Assembly: GCA_004431415.1 (NCBI GenBank)
Contig: QPMI01000610.1
Coordinates: 248,001 to 312,000 of the forward strand
DNA length: 64,000 nucleotides
Direction of reading: 5' to 3'
Source: Cyanophora paradoxa CCMP329
Lineage: Eukaryota; Plantae; Glaucophyta
The position numbers were made by a program, and so were the translations under genes. Shown here one piece after another: positions 47,690-60,454 of this stretch. The notes below the pieces were generated by a model that was given only the letters and a program-made list of their open reading frames with translations, searched no databases and was not told where the DNA came from. Numbering within the stretch: position 1 is the stretch's first letter; the number at the start of each line of letters is the position of its first letter.

Positions 47690-49311
47690 TCAGGCGACGC
47701 GGAGGGAGGCGAGGTCGGGGAGGGACTGCGCGTCCCAGAAGATGATGCGCCCGTCGAGCCCCGCGCTCGCCGCCGCCGCCCGCGCCCCCGCCGCCAGGCC
47801 GCTGGCCGCGGGGAGGGCGACGAGGGAGGCGATCGAGTTGGTGTGGCGGGCGCCGGGGGCGGCCCCGCTCGGGGAGGGCGGCTCGGGGGCCTGCTCCTGG
47901 CCCCGCTCCGCAATGTCCTTGAACTTCTGAAGCGCTGACTTGACCTGCGAGGCCGAGCGCTCGAGGCCGCCCGCCTCCGACGCCCGCGAGGCCTCCGACG
48001 CCCGCGACCCGACGCTGCCCCCGCTGTTCCCCGCCCGCTCCAGCGCCCCCTTCCGCGACCAGTTGCCCCGCGCGTCTGCCGAGAGCAGGTGCGGCATTGC
48101 GTCGAAGCCAGCCGCCAGCAGCGCCGTCTCCGAGAGCCACGCGAGGCACGTCGCCGGCAGCTCGCCGCCCCGCACGCTCTGCAGCGGCACCGACGCGTCC
48201 GTCATCTTGAACACGGTCACGTTCCCGTCGTGTGCTGCCCCGGCCCGCGTAAGTGGGCCGGCGGGCGCCGCGGGGGAGGGGGGCGCCTCGGGGACCACAC
48301 CTGCGGCCGCCAGGCGGTCGCCAGAGGGGCTCCACCGCACCGCGTGCACCCACCCGCCCAGCGTGTGCTCGTAAAGTACCTTCCCGAGGTCGAGCTCGGC
48401 GGGGCCCCGGGGCCACGGGGGCGGGCGCGGCGGCGCGCACCTCGCCGAACTTGGGCTTCTCGGGAAGGAGCACCGAGCGGCTCGAGGAGCGCTGGTCGAC
48501 GTCGCGCACGAACGCGGCGAACACCTTCACCTTGCAGTCCGCCGTGCCGGCCGCCAGCAGCACGTTGTCTGGGTGCCAGTCGACCGAGAGCACCGTCGAC
48601 TCGACCGCAGAGATCTTCTTCGCGCCCCACCTGCGCTCGCTCACGTGAGGCCGCTAGGGCGCAGAGGCTGCCTTGCAGCGCCCCGCCGCACCAGTCGTTG
48701 TCTTCCTCGTAGACGGCGACCACGACGCACTTCGCGCCCGTTCCCGCGGCGAACTTGTTCTCTGCGGGGCGGCGCGCGGTGAGGCGGGTGCCTACGCGCT
48801 AAAGCGGCGCTGGGCGCACCTTTGGGGCTCCACCGCACACACGTCAGCGCGCGGCTTGATTGCGCCTGGACTAGTGTCGGCTTCCATGCCCCCTTCTTCA
48901 TCTCCCACACGTATGCGTTCCGGTCGTGCGAGCATGTCACTATGCGGTTCTTCTGATGCCCCCAATCGATTCCCGATACGAGCTGGTCGTGCTGCGCCTC
49001 GGGCATCAATAGCTAGGAGCGTTCAGGTTCAACGGGCGCGGACCTCGGACAAGACCGCGATGCGCTCCCACTCGCCGCTCGGCATTAAGCGGAAGATGCG
49101 GACCTCGTTCGAGTTCGGGCACACGGCTATCACTGCGGAAACGCGCGTCGGCGCATGCGCAAGGAGTAATGGCCGACGCGAAGCTGGCGCAACTGGTCTG
49201 GTCGGCATTGTACGCGACCGAGGTAATTGACGGCGTCTCCGGTAGGACGATCTGTGAGCCGGGCGGCGGTGGAGCGGGGGCCGAGACCGCCGCTGTGTGC
49301 CGCCGGTCCAT
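47690..49311 (-). CDS. ARPC1: Arp2/3 complex subunit 1 (WD40)
   Basis: IAVCPNSNEVRIF; HDQLVSGIDW...NRIVTCSHDRNAYVW...WKPTLV; CVRWSPK|ENKFAAGTG; YEEDNDW|W; STVLSVDWHPDNVLLAAG; HTNSI...GLDGRIIFWD. Confidence 0.93.
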
Positions 49312-49827
49312 AGCCTATCCCTGCAGGCTTTGCGCTAGATTAAGACCAATCTACGAGCCCGGCAGCCGCAGCTGAGCTAGTAAGCGCCGCACCGAGGGGG
49401 GGGCAGTGGGACGTCCTTGGGGTACAGCGTGCTTGCTGCTCCCGCCGTTTCCAGCGAGCCGCGTCGATTTCGCTGGTCGATGAAAGAGACAGCGTGGAGG
49501 CTAGTCGAGGTCGATGCGGCGAGCGAGGCAGCCTCAGCGACCAGCGAGAGCGGCCTTGGTGACGCGCGAGCCGCGCGCTGGAACCCGAATGAGGATGGCT
49601 TCGTCGGCGTATGCTCTACTTCGGGGGCGTTTAGGTGCGCTTGTCTTCGTTTTGGCCAGTTGACCCCTGTCACGCCAACGCTCCTCAGGTACTTCAACAT
49701 CTGCGAGCCCGGGGCCACGCGCCACTTCCGGCTATTTGCCGCCCGCTACGGCGAGAGGCCTCAGCTTGAGGTGCTCGAGGCTCGCGCGCATCGCGCCTAG
49801 CTAGACACTTAGCCGCCCGGCCGGCAG

Positions 49828-52450
49828 ATGTCCGGCGCCACGGCGTGGGTGAACTTCTACTTCATCCCGCGCGTGGGCCGCCAGCTCGTCTTCCTCCTCT
49901 CGCACAGCAACAAGGTTCGGATCTCGCCGCGTTCCGCCGCCGCCGCTCCTTAGCTTTTCTTCTGCGCAGATCCTGCGCGTCGCCCTTCCGCCCCCGAACC
50001 TGCGGCCGGAGGACGTGTACGAGCGGCGCGACGAGGCGCTGGACTTGGTCGAGGGCATCGCCTCCGCGATCGTTTTCGAAGCCGGCTCCCACGAGGGGCG
50101 CGTCTGCGCCATCGCCGCCGATCCCCGCGGTCCGTTGTCCGCTCCCGCCCCTGCCGCAGCCCGCCCACGGCCGCTGCAGGCCGCTTCTGCGCGTCGGGCG
50201 ACGATGAGGGGAACGTGAGGCTGTGGGACCTGTTCGGCGGCGCGACGCCGGCGGCCGCCATCGCCGCGCACACGGCGCCCGTGCTCTGCATCGCTTTCAC
50301 CGCCAGCGGGGCGCTCGCCACCGCCGGCCTGGACCAGCGCGTCCGACTGTGCGCGCGCCTCCTTCCGATCCCGGCCCGCGCGCTCTGAGGGGCGGCGCAG
50401 GTGGGACGTGCACGCGGAGGCGTGCCTCCGCGACCTGGTCGCCGAGAGCCCGACCATCTCGCTCTCGGCGGCCGCGCCCTCGCTGCGGGGCGAGGGCAGC
50501 TCGGGCCTGCTGGCCGCCGGCGACGCGAGCGGCGCGGTGACGGTGTGGGACCTGGACGCCGGCCCGGCCGCCACGGAGGCGCGGCACCGGCTGCGCGGCC
50601 CCGCCTGGGGCCTCGCCGTGCTCGGCCTCTCCTCCGCCCTGGTCGCCGCCACGGGCGAGGGCGAGGCGCACGCGCTGCTGCACCGCGCTGGCGGCGGCCT
50701 CGAGCCCGTCGCCTCCACCTCCTTCGACTCCGCCGTCGTCTCCTGCGACCTCCTCGGTCCGCCCCGAGGAGCTCGGCGGGCTTCTAGGGCGGCCCGGCTG
50801 ACCCGCGCCCGCAGGCCAGAGGACCCTCGTCTGCTGCCGCTCGGGGGCCGTGCACGTGTGGGCCCCCCTCGTCTCCAGCCGGCCGCGCCCCGCCCCGAGC
50901 GAGGCGAGGGGGAGCGAAGGCGGCCTAGCGTGGGCAGAGCTGGTGCGGCGGTCCGGGGGCCCGCCGGAGGAGGAGGCGGAGGAGGGGGCCCGCCCGGCGC
51001 CGGCGGCGGTCTACGACGCGGCCGGCGTCCCGGAGTGGGAAGAGATCGGGGAGGAGCGGGCGAGCGAAGAAGAGGAGGATGGGGAGGAGGAGGGGCGGGC
51101 CTCGGACGGCGAGCGGCCGGGGAATGCGCGTGCCCCGCGCGCCGTCCGTGCCGTAGCCGAGGAGGAGGAGGAGCAAGACGAACCGCGCCCGGCGCCGGCG
51201 CCGCGGAGCCCGGAGCCCGAGCCGGCAGTACGGGTGTCGCGCGCTGGGGAGAGCGAGGAGGAGGAGGCGCACGGGGTACGCCGCCCCAATCCATTCGGTA
51301 GCCCGCCACTGAAGGCGCCGTTTCCCCCAGATGCCGCGGGCGAGGAGGTGGACGCCCAAGCCGACTGCGGTCTCATTCGACGCGAGGCTGGCGGCCAAAG
51401 GCGTCGTAAAGGCAAGCACAGGCATCAGCAGGGCGGAGCCGCCGGCGCCAGCGCCGCGCCGGACCGCAGCGGCGCCGCAGCCGAGGGTGGTCAGGGCCGC
51501 GCCGGCCGCCGCCAAGGCGGCGGCAGCGCCAGCGAAGGCGGCCGCCCCGACGGCGACATGGACAAGCGGGCCGCGGAGAGCACGGGCGTCGCCCCCACCA
51601 CTCGCGGGCACGGCGGCGGCTGCTGCGACGGCCGGCCCCTCCTCGGGCCGCACCGGGCCACGCCTGGGGGACCCAACCCGCCCAAGGGCGCTCCTGGCGA
51701 CGGCGGCCGCCTCGGAGGGGGCGGGCGAAGCGGCGACTGGGAGCCCGCTGGCGCAGGCTGCACTAAACACGACGGCGCTGGTGGCGAAGCGCCTCGCGGA
51801 GGCCGAGCAGGCGCGCTTCGACGCCCTGCGGGAGATCCGCCGGCCCGAGAACGCCCCCCTCGTGCGCGCCGCTTTCGAAGCTTCGCGAGACGCTTCGCAC
51901 CTGAGTCGCATCACCCCCTCCCGCTCGCAGGTGCGGCAGGCGGCCGCTTCGGTTCCGAGCCCCTCGCTGGCCCTCAACGCGGACCTGCACGAGCGGATCT
52001 ACGACTACGACAAGCTGGTGCAGCCGCGCGCTGTTTGCGGGCTTCCGCCCCTCGGAAACCTGACGCGGGGAGGACGCAGCCGCAGCTGAAGGTGGAGCCG
52101 GAGCCGCGGCCGCCCCCGCGCCCCGCGATCAAGAAGCAGCTGGACCCCGCCTGGGTCAAGTCGCTGGAGCCCAAGCCCTCGCTGCTCGCCCTGTGCGGCC
52201 CGCCCGGCCCCACCCCCGCTCGCTCCCCTCATCGTCGTCTTCTCGCAGGCTGGGCCCCGAGCGGGAGCTGGAGTTCAGCGGCACGGAGGGCTCGCCCATC
52301 ACGGCTCTGGCGGCGCGGGAGCCGCAGTTCTTCCCCCCCTCGTGGTCCCTCTCCCACATGCTCGTCGGCCTGCAGCTCGACTCGGAGCTCGCCTTCGGGC
52401 CCGGCGGCGGGGGCGACCTCCTCGGGGGCCCCACCGAGGAGAGGCAGTAG
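49828..52450 (+). CDS. WD40-repeat protein with acidic and Pro/Ala-rich C-terminal region
   Basis: SHEGRVCAI...CASGDDEGNVRLWD; AHTAPVLCIAF...ATAGLDQRVRL|WD; LAAGDASGAVTVWD; TAG at 52448-52450. Confidence 0.8.
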
Positions 52451-52520
52451 ATGCAGGGTTCTGTTCTGTACACTAGCATAGTATGCACACCACACGAGCA
52501 CGCAGCGATGGGCCTCCGGG

Positions 52521-53710
52521 TCAGCGGAGGACGGAGACGAGGACGGGGATCAGAATCTGTTCGGAGGAAGCACAAGCGAACATGAGCGGGAGATGAGGTG
52601 GGGAGGGGCCGCCGAGCAGAAGCACGCACGGCTGCGACAAGGAGGCACAGGATGACAGCGAGGATGATTCGGTAGCGCCTGCAGGCGGGGGGCAGCGTGA
52701 GGGCGTGAGGGCAAAGTGAGCCGAATCCGAAACTTAAACGCACACACCAGTGCCGCCAGTAGAACCGGCGCTGTGCCGCGGTTGATCTCCGCTGGAAGGT
52801 GGCAGCGTGGTCCCGCAGCTCCTCCGTTTGGTTGTTGACCTCCTCGATGGTGTCCGTGTTCTGGAGGAGGGTCACCACGTTCTGTCGGCGCAGCAGTAAG
52901 CTAAAGACAGCTGCAGGTCGAAATTCATTGAGAGCCATTCAGATGCAAGAAAGCCGCCGGTCGTCCGCACCGTCCGCATAATCTCTTTTGCCTCCTCGAC
53001 TTTAGCATGGACTGAAGTCAACTTGTCGACCTCCTTGAGGTCCTCGAACTTGGTCATGAGTGCTTGCAAGTCACCCTGGAGCACGAGGTTCTGCGGCAAA
53101 AAGTTTTCGAGAATTCGAGCGCGATGGGCAGTGTACACACGCGGCGCGGCCGGCGCGGCTCACCAGCCCGTGAACAGGCGATACTTTCACAGACCACTCG
53201 TGCTGCCCCTCAATAATCGCTTGGAGCTCACTGAGCATCCGGAACGCTGCGCGCTGTGGGTAGGATCTCGCTGTGCATGCTGCGAGCGACGACTGGCGGT
53301 CGCATGGCCAATTGCAGAGCGAGCGGCGGGGGAGGCACCAGCATAGACAATCTCGTTTTCTGCTCGCAGCAGATGAACCTCCATCGTGTCGTCCTGCGCG
53401 TGCGCAGCTCCCGGTATCGGTCGGCGGCAGGGGTGGCGCCACGCAGTGGCAGCAGTGCGCCGGGAGGCCCGGGACCTCTACAGAAAGACGGTCCCTCTCG
53501 TCGAGGGACGAGCTCCGGGCCATTGAGGAGAGTCGATCCTCGTCCTGCGGCAAGTTTCGACCGCCAACTCGATAAAAGGGCCAGAGAGACACGTACTGGC
53601 TGCGGGCTCGCGTATGGGCTCTTTAGGATCGCCACGCACAAGCCCGAGCCCCTGAAGACACCAAGCGCCTTGACCGAGGAAACGCGCGCAAGCGGGACGA
53701 CGGACGCCAT
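52521..53710 (-). CDS. Longin R-SNARE (VAMP7-like synaptobrevin)
   Basis: Longin helix SYPQRAAFRMLSEL; DKLTSVHAKVEEAKEIMR|QNVVTLLQN...QTEELRDHAATFQRRS...RFYWRHW; C-terminal TM IILAVILCLLVAA|ILIPVLVSVLR*. Confidence 0.85.
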
Positions 53711-54002
53711 CAAGCGTCGGCGCGGCGAGGAGAGCGCGCTGAAAAGATCGGTATCCGGGCCGGGCGCGGTTGCGCTCAACTGCAAGAGATGCAGAGCGGC
53801 TTCTCTGATCGCGTACGCGAGGCCGCTGAAGTTCGTACGTACGTACACGGGGCCCGCTTGCACTCTTGCCTCTCGTACCCGTGCCAGCGACATTCCGACA
53901 CATTCGGACTGGAAATTCTGGAATCCCAAGACGCAGCGTCGCGTAGCACGGCGAACGGCGATCCGATCGACTACGTGACGTCCGATCCCCGTCAGCGAAG
54001 CT

Positions 54003-54107
54003 TGCATTTCAGACACGACCCGACATCTGGACTAGCCCTAGTAGCTGTTTGGCTAGCAGTGGGCCGCCGGTCGAATCCATGGGCTCAGACAGATAGGCAA
54101 GTGACGT
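54003..54107 (+). repeat. About 105-bp dispersed direct repeat, copy 1 (copy 2 at 62522-62628)
   Basis: TGCATTTCAGACACGACC--CGACATCTGGACTAGCCCTAGTAGCTGTTTGGCTAGCAGTGGGCCGCCGGTCGAATCYATGGGCTCAGACAGATAGGCAAGYGACGT occurs twice with one 2-nt indel and two substitutions. Confidence 0.92.
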
Positions 54108-54132
54108 GCAGCGCTTGTAGCTTGCAGCGCGC

Positions 54133-54683
54133 ATGTCGGCGCCGCCGTCCGTCCACGCTACCTCGTCCAGCGCAAAGGAGCCGCGCTTCGTCTGCTACAT
54201 CTGCGCTTTTCACAGCCACGTCGACGCACGCGGCAACAGGGCGCCGTGGGCGCCCACTCTCGCTTTCTTGGAGGAGAGCGCGTGCCTTGTTCGTGCACCC
54301 GTCTGCGGACCTCGCACGTTCTGCTGACCGCCGGACCGTGCGTAGATCGCCGACCCCACTGCTGCAGACGGCTTTCCAATTTTTATCGGCGCCGACTGCT
54401 CAAACTGCTTCAAGTGCGTTATTCTGCACGCGTAACGCAGTTGCATACCAAAACACTCCGCGATATATAATATTGATGTGGTTCTCAATCGCAGGTCCGT
54501 CTGCCCCCAGTGCTCGGTATTCTACACGAAGCGCTTATGCCTTGAGTGCGGCAAAAAGATAGCAGGTGTGTTGAGCTTCTTCTGTGTATGATGACTTGCA
54601 TTTGATTTTTTTCTCGGGCGGGCGAAGAATACTTGCCTTCCGAGATTCAGAAAGAACTGGAGAAGAAATGGAAGCAGACATGA
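54133..54683 (+). CDS. CDPF1: Cysteine-rich DPF motif domain protein (C6_DPF)
   Basis: FVCYIC...P...FLEES...IADP...FIGADCSNC...VCPQCSVFYTKRLCLEC...LPSEIQKELEK matches the CDPF1 pattern (LEE.Y...DPF...LG..CS.C...CS.FY.KR.C..C...P.EI). Confidence 0.82.
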
Positions 54684-54747
54684 GAAGCAGAGAAGATGTG
54701 TCGTGTCAAAAAGCAAGAAAGCACAGAAGATGCAAAAAACAAAAATG

Positions 54748-56348
54748 CTATTGCACAACACAGCCAGTCTGAAGAGCCACTACAGACGCCACCGCAGCAG
54801 CAGCTGACTGTGTCACCATCATTGGCCAGTCTTGCTTTTCGTCGAGGGGCTCGTACTCGACGGCCCCCTTCTGTATTGTCCTCTGCAGCCTGATGTCAGC
54901 ACAGTGTCACATCCAAATGAAAGCGCAAGCTTGACTCACTGCAGCAGCAGCAGCGAACAGGGCTGCCACCCATGGAACTTCATTTGGAAGCACGTACTCC
55001 TTGTCGTTGTTGGTTGGGCACTGCCTCGAGTTTTCTACGACGCAGACCTGGCAAGAAAATGAGTCCAGAGCAGTATTTGAAGTGGCGCCCAGACTCACAG
55101 GAACGTCCACAGTCGGGATGACCTTGCCAACTGCCAGTGTTTCCCGAATAGCTGTGATTACGACCTTGCTCCGACCCTGAGCAACTCTCGAGTAAGATTT
55201 GGCAATCGAGTTGTTAATATATGCTGACCAGGAAGTAGTCCTGCCAAGTCATATCATCTGGTGGAGCGAGGACTCCATGGGTCAGCACCAGGATTGTGTG
55301 GGTCCACACTTTCCGCCCCAGCACCCTCGTGAGCTCCGACATGATACACCGATCAGCGTATTCGACCCGCTTGGAGTCCAGCCTGTCCACGTAAAAGACG
55401 ACATCAACCTGCCCAATAACATGGGTCAGCAGGCGAGGGTGGCAGCAGACACGGGCACCCACCTGCCCCTCTCGCAACCGGGACCGAAGTGCCTCTGTGA
55501 CTTGTGCAGCCGATGCTGGAGACGAACGCCCCTCCAGAAATCCGGGCATGTCGATCAAGCGAACAGTGAACCCGTCGAGCGTTCGAACGTGCTCCTCCGG
55601 AAGGCCCATCTCGGTCTGCTATATGTTGAGGAAGCGCGTTCTAACGTTTTCTTAAGTATTCACATGCGCAGACCTCTCTCGAGAGGATGGGCTCGCCAAG
55701 GAGGCTGCTGATGGTGGCTGTCTTTCCTGAGCCACTTCGACCAAGGACCAGCACTGTTATTGATGTCCGCCCGCTCGCACGGAGGCGCAAAACCGAATCT
55801 CGAATCTTCCGCTGTGTCTCATGTGGGTGCCGCCAAATGCGGAACGCGAGCTCGTCTCCGCCGCGCGCCGAGTCGAGCACGTCCCCTGGAACGCGCGGTC
55901 GACGAGTGAGCTGAAGTGCATCAGATGCGAGGGCTTCAAAAGCGAACCCGGAGTTTCGCGCAGGGTCTCCATCGTTGCAGGGCCTCGTGCGCTTGTTGAT
56001 CCGTCTACTCGGCGCGGCGCCACGCCTGAGATCATGGGGAGCGGTAGAGACGGCGCGCTGATGCGCTGTAGACTCATAGCAGGAGTAACCGGACCGCCGG
56101 GGCTCTCGAGGTGCCGTGCTGGAAGCGTTCAAATCAGCGTTCAGCTACGGAGGCATTGCACGGGAGGGGCGCGGCGCACCGCTATCGCCTGATTCGTAGT
56201 TGGAAGATTCATCGTCTCGCGGAGACGCGCTGAGCTGGTTCGGCGAGGCCGTGGGCTGAGGGGCAGTCTGGGTCTGCGGGAGCGCGAGCTTCGGTATGGG
56301 GAACGATCTGGACCCCGGAAGCGAGACTGGATAGCCCTTTTCCGTCAT
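54748..56348 (-). CDS. Toc34-like plastid outer-envelope import GTPase (AIG1/Toc family)
   Basis: ITVLVLGRSGSGKTATISSLLGE; GFTVRLIDMPGF; VDVVFYVDRLD; VWTHTILVLTHG..PPD; VVENSRQCPTN..EYVLPN..PWV; weakly hydrophobic C-terminus. Confidence 0.88.
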
Positions 56349-56610
56349 CCTAAGCTGTGCTGGAACCTGAAGCTCAGCTTTTGATCTGGAAGCGAGCTGT
56401 ACCCCCCCGGCCAGGGCGGACCCCGGCGCGCGGGGCCTGCAGCTGGCCATATGCATGGCGCGCGCGGGCCGGCGCCTGCCGGCGCCAGGCTGCAGCTGGG
56501 CGGGGCCCGGCGGGCCTAGGCCTGGGCGGCTGAGCTGTCCTGGGAGCTCGAGTGTCTTTTGCAATTGCTTTAAGCGGCTTGCAAGTTGCTCTCTAGCTAT
56601 AGCTATAGAT

Positions 56611-56632
56611 CTCTCTCTCTCTCTCTCTCTCT
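56611..56632 (+). repeat. (CT)n microsatellite
   Basis: About 11 CT units directly visible. Confidence 0.9.
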
Positions 56633-57007
56633 GCTCAGCTCCGAGGCTCGAGGGCGCCAACTGCGTGCGCGCGCAGCGCGGCGGCCGCGCCATGCTGCAG
56701 CTGAGCAATGTCTGATGAATCTCAAATAGCTCATTGAAATACAGATACCGATGACAGCTAGTTACGTGTCACGATCTGATGCAGATATCGATATCGATAA
56801 CGAACAACAACTTAGCAATACGTTGAAAGTCTGGACAAAATAGGTGTTCCTGGTGTAATTATAATCTACCGTATGCTACTCATCGAGAAAATTGTAGGTG
56901 ACCGTGTCTTAAAAAAACTGCCAGTGCTACGGATCATAAAATCGCCCCGCGACTTGAAATGGAGCAGAAAGCAAAGCCCGAACCCCAGCTGCAGGAGGCC
57001 TGCAGAA

Positions 57008-60000
57008 TCACAGTACGTCGTCGCGGACGGGCCGGCGGCTGGCCGGGACGTGAGCTGCGGTCAGCGGCGTGCTCACGACGCGGTCTGCCCGCAGGTCCTC
57101 CTCCTCCTCCTCGTCCATCAGATCGAAGTCCTGCGGATGCGTGAGCCGCGAGGGCGGAGAGCAATGGCGAGGCGGCGGGGCGTCGGCTCGCCTCGTCCAT
57201 GTCCTCCTCCTCCGACTCCTCGTCGAGGGGGCTGGGCGCGAAGAAGCGGGGCGAGGGCACCCCTGCGTCCTCCAGGTCCTCAAACGGCGTCTCCGTGGCC
57301 TGCACCGCGGGGCCGGGCCGTGAGCGGCGCGGGGCGGGGCGGCTTCGCGGTCGGCCTGCGTGCCTGCTCGGAGCCCTCGACGAGGCAGCAGAGCTTGCGC
57401 TCGTAGGCCTCGATGAGGCACCGGTAGGCCTCCTGGTCCTCCTTGAGGCCCGCCCGCCTCATCGACGCCCGCACCTGCCGCCCCCTCAGGACGGCGCCGC
57501 GGCCAGCGGGCGGAGCGCGGCTCGCCTGCTCGCACGAGTCGACGTCCCCGAGGGCCGCGAAGTGCCGCAGGAAGGCGTTGTACACGAGAACGTTGTCCCT
57601 GCGCCGCCACGTCAGCCGGCCCCGGCTGGGGAGGCGGGGGATGGGGCGCACCGGATGGCTCGGCTGTGCATCTCGGCGCGCAGGCGCTCGGCCCCGTCGA
57701 GGTCGCCCCGCCGGCAGAGCGCGGCGATGAGCCTGTGGGGCGTGAGCGGGTTTCCGGCGGCCCGGGCAGGCACGGTATGAAGGGGAGCGCACGCGGCGTA
57801 GGTGAACGCGTTCTCGCGGAGTCCGGCCTCGCGCATCTCCTCGCGGAGGGCGTAGGCGCGCTCGAGGTCGGCGTGGCGCGCGTAGTAGTCGATGAGGGCG
57901 TTGAAGGAGGTGACGGTGTCGCGCATGCCGGCGTTGCGCGCCTCCTCGCGCAGCTGCAGCGCCTCCCCGATCCGGTTGTTCTTCGCGTACGCCATCACGA
58001 GGGCGTTGAAGACGACCTTGGAGGCGGGGACGCCCGCGCGGCCCATCTCGCCCCGCAGCTGCCGCGCCGTCTCCAGCTGCCCGTCGTTCCGCTTGCAGTA
58101 CGCGTCCAGCAGCGCCGCCGTCGTCAGCGAGCGCTCCGAGGCGCCCCCGAAGCCGGCCTTGCGCATCTCCTCCCGCAGCTGCGCCGCCGTCGCGAAGTCC
58201 CCCGCCTTCGCGTACGCGTCCACGAAGGCCCTGCGCGGTCCCGCCGGCTCGCCCGGAGGGGAGGGGGCGGGCGCGCCGCTGCGGGACGGGCGGCGCACGA
58301 GTAGGTAATGAGGTTGTCCCGGATGCCGTGCAGCCGCATCTCTGCCTTGAGCTGGAGGGCCGTGCCGAGGTCCCCCACGCCCGTGTACGCCCCGATGAGG
58401 ATGTTGTACTGCGCAGGGCGGGCGGGCGGGAGCCGGCGTGGGTGGCGGGCGGGGTGGAACGGAGCAGAGCAAGTCGAAGCGGGGCGCCGCGCACGGTAGT
58501 AATGTTCTTGCGGACGCTGGCGCGCTTCATCTCGCGCCGCAGCGACAGCATCATGTCGAAACGCTGCTGCGAGACCGCCGCCGCTGCCTGCGCGTCAGCA
58601 AGGGAGAGTGGCCCGGGCCGAGGGGGCGGGGGCGGCCGCACTCAGGAGGCTGTTGTACGTGACAACGTCCTCGCGGATCTGGGCGGCGCGCCGGCGTGAG
58701 CGCGATGGGGTCGGGAGTCGAGGGCGGGGCACAGGATCGCACCCTCTTCTCCTTCATCTCCCTCCGGAGCTGCCGCACGTCCTCCCAGAGGCCATTCGCG
58801 GTGAGCGCCCCCAGCAGCGCATTGCACGTCACCGTGTTCTCCTTGCTGCCGGCCGCCGATCGCTCCCGGGCGGCCGCGGCGGGGCGGGGCGGGGGGCGGG
58901 GCGCACATGTCCTGGGCCTGCATGTCGGCGCGCAGCCTGAAGGCACGCTCGAGGTCCCCGCTCTTGATGCAGGCGGTGATGAGCACGTTGAAGGTGGCCG
59001 TGTCGGGCGTTATCCCCGCCGCCCGCATCTCGTCCAGGATCTCCATGGCCCCGTCAACCCTGTTCCGGTCCATCTTCGTCCGCGCGTCTGGGCCGCGGAT
59101 GTTTAGGTCGTTGTTGGCCCAGGGGGGTGTGCGCAGCGGCGCCGCACAGAGGAGCGTGTTGAATGTCGTCGCGTCGGGCTCCACACCCTCCGCGCGCATC
59201 TGCTCGCGGAGCTCGATGGCGCTCTCCCACTTGCCCGCCTTGGTGCAGATGTCGATGAGCACGTTGTAGACAACGCTGTCCGGCGCCACGCCCGCCGCCC
59301 GCATCTCGGCGAGCGCAGCCATCGCGCGCGTCAGGTCCCCACGCCGCGCGTGCGCCCGCATGAGCACGCTGCGGTCGCCGCGGGGTGAGCGGGCGGAGGC
59401 GGCGGGGGTGGACCGCGGCGCGCCTGTAGCTGACGACGTTCGGGGTGACGCGGGCCCGCTGCATGTCGCGGAAGGCGCGGATCGCGAGGCCCACGTTGCC
59501 GCGCTTCAGGTAGGACGCCATGACGGACGTGTAGTACGTCACGTCGGGCTCGATGCCCGCCGCAATCATACGGTCCCGTACGCGCCGCGCCTCCACGTCC
59601 TTCCGGTGGTCCAGCAGCCCTTTGATCAGCACACCGTACCTGGAAGCGCTCGTGAGGCGCAGCTGACAGGGAAGAAGCGATGCATAAGCCATCGAGCGCA
59701 CGTTATCCGGTTGGGGGAGACCCCGCGAAGCTGCATCTCCTCGAACTGGCGCAGCGCTTCGGTAACACGGCCATACCGAAGCGCCGAGCTGATCGATTTG
59801 GTCCACTGCACGACGGGCAATGATGACGAAGGCGATGGTGGCGAGAGCGGTGCCGAGATCGCCTTGACTACGCCGAAGTGCGTCGTTTCAAACGTTGTTC
59901 CCGAACGCGCCAGGCTCGGCTCGAAGACCAAGCGCCGCTCCCCGAAGAAGCGCGGTTTGATGATCTCCAGAGTCGAAGTTGCCGCTGGGTGACACCTGGG

Positions 60001-60214
60001 ACGCTGGGCTGCATCTTGCCGCGAGCGAAATGACCTAGTGGGCGCCGCGCCACACCCGAGGGACGCAAGGCAGGGCGGGATCTACGCGAGAAGCGTTAGC
60101 TAGGACGAGCGTGCGGCGAGGGTGCGGCTGCAGCCGCCCAGCGCGCGGGGCGCCGAACGCTGCGCGCACCACGGTGAAGGCCGCCTGCAGGGGCGGGGCC
60201 TCCGAGGGCTGCAT
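57008..60214 (-). CDS. P-type pentatricopeptide repeat protein (a dozen or more motifs), probable organelle-targeting N-terminus
   Basis: 35-aa repeats such as VVYNVLIDICTKAGKWESAIELREQMRAEGVEPD and TSFNALIDYYARHADLERAYALREEMREAGLREN; Ala/Arg-rich N-terminus containing AAF motifs; start codon tentative. Confidence 0.92.
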
Positions 60215-60454
60215 GTGCTCGCTAGCTAACGCACGAAGCCGCTCTCTTGCTGTCACGCACGAACCGACCAGGCTCCGACCGGGGTACAGGTCTGCGGCGA
60301 GCAAAGTAAACGTTCCCCTATTTATTCCCCTGTTTCCTGAATCCATCCGGTACGCTGCGCGCCTGCATCCTACTGTCCACGCCTAGCGCCCCGCCCTGTT
60401 GCGCAACTTGGCGCTGTTCGATGTTCGCTCGGCGTTCGCTGTTCGCAGTAAGCG

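Noticed and set aside
49377-49718. 113-aa minus-strand ORF between ARPC1 and the WD40 gene
   Set aside because: No recognisable motif and it lies in a probable bidirectional promoter; insufficient evidence without expression data.
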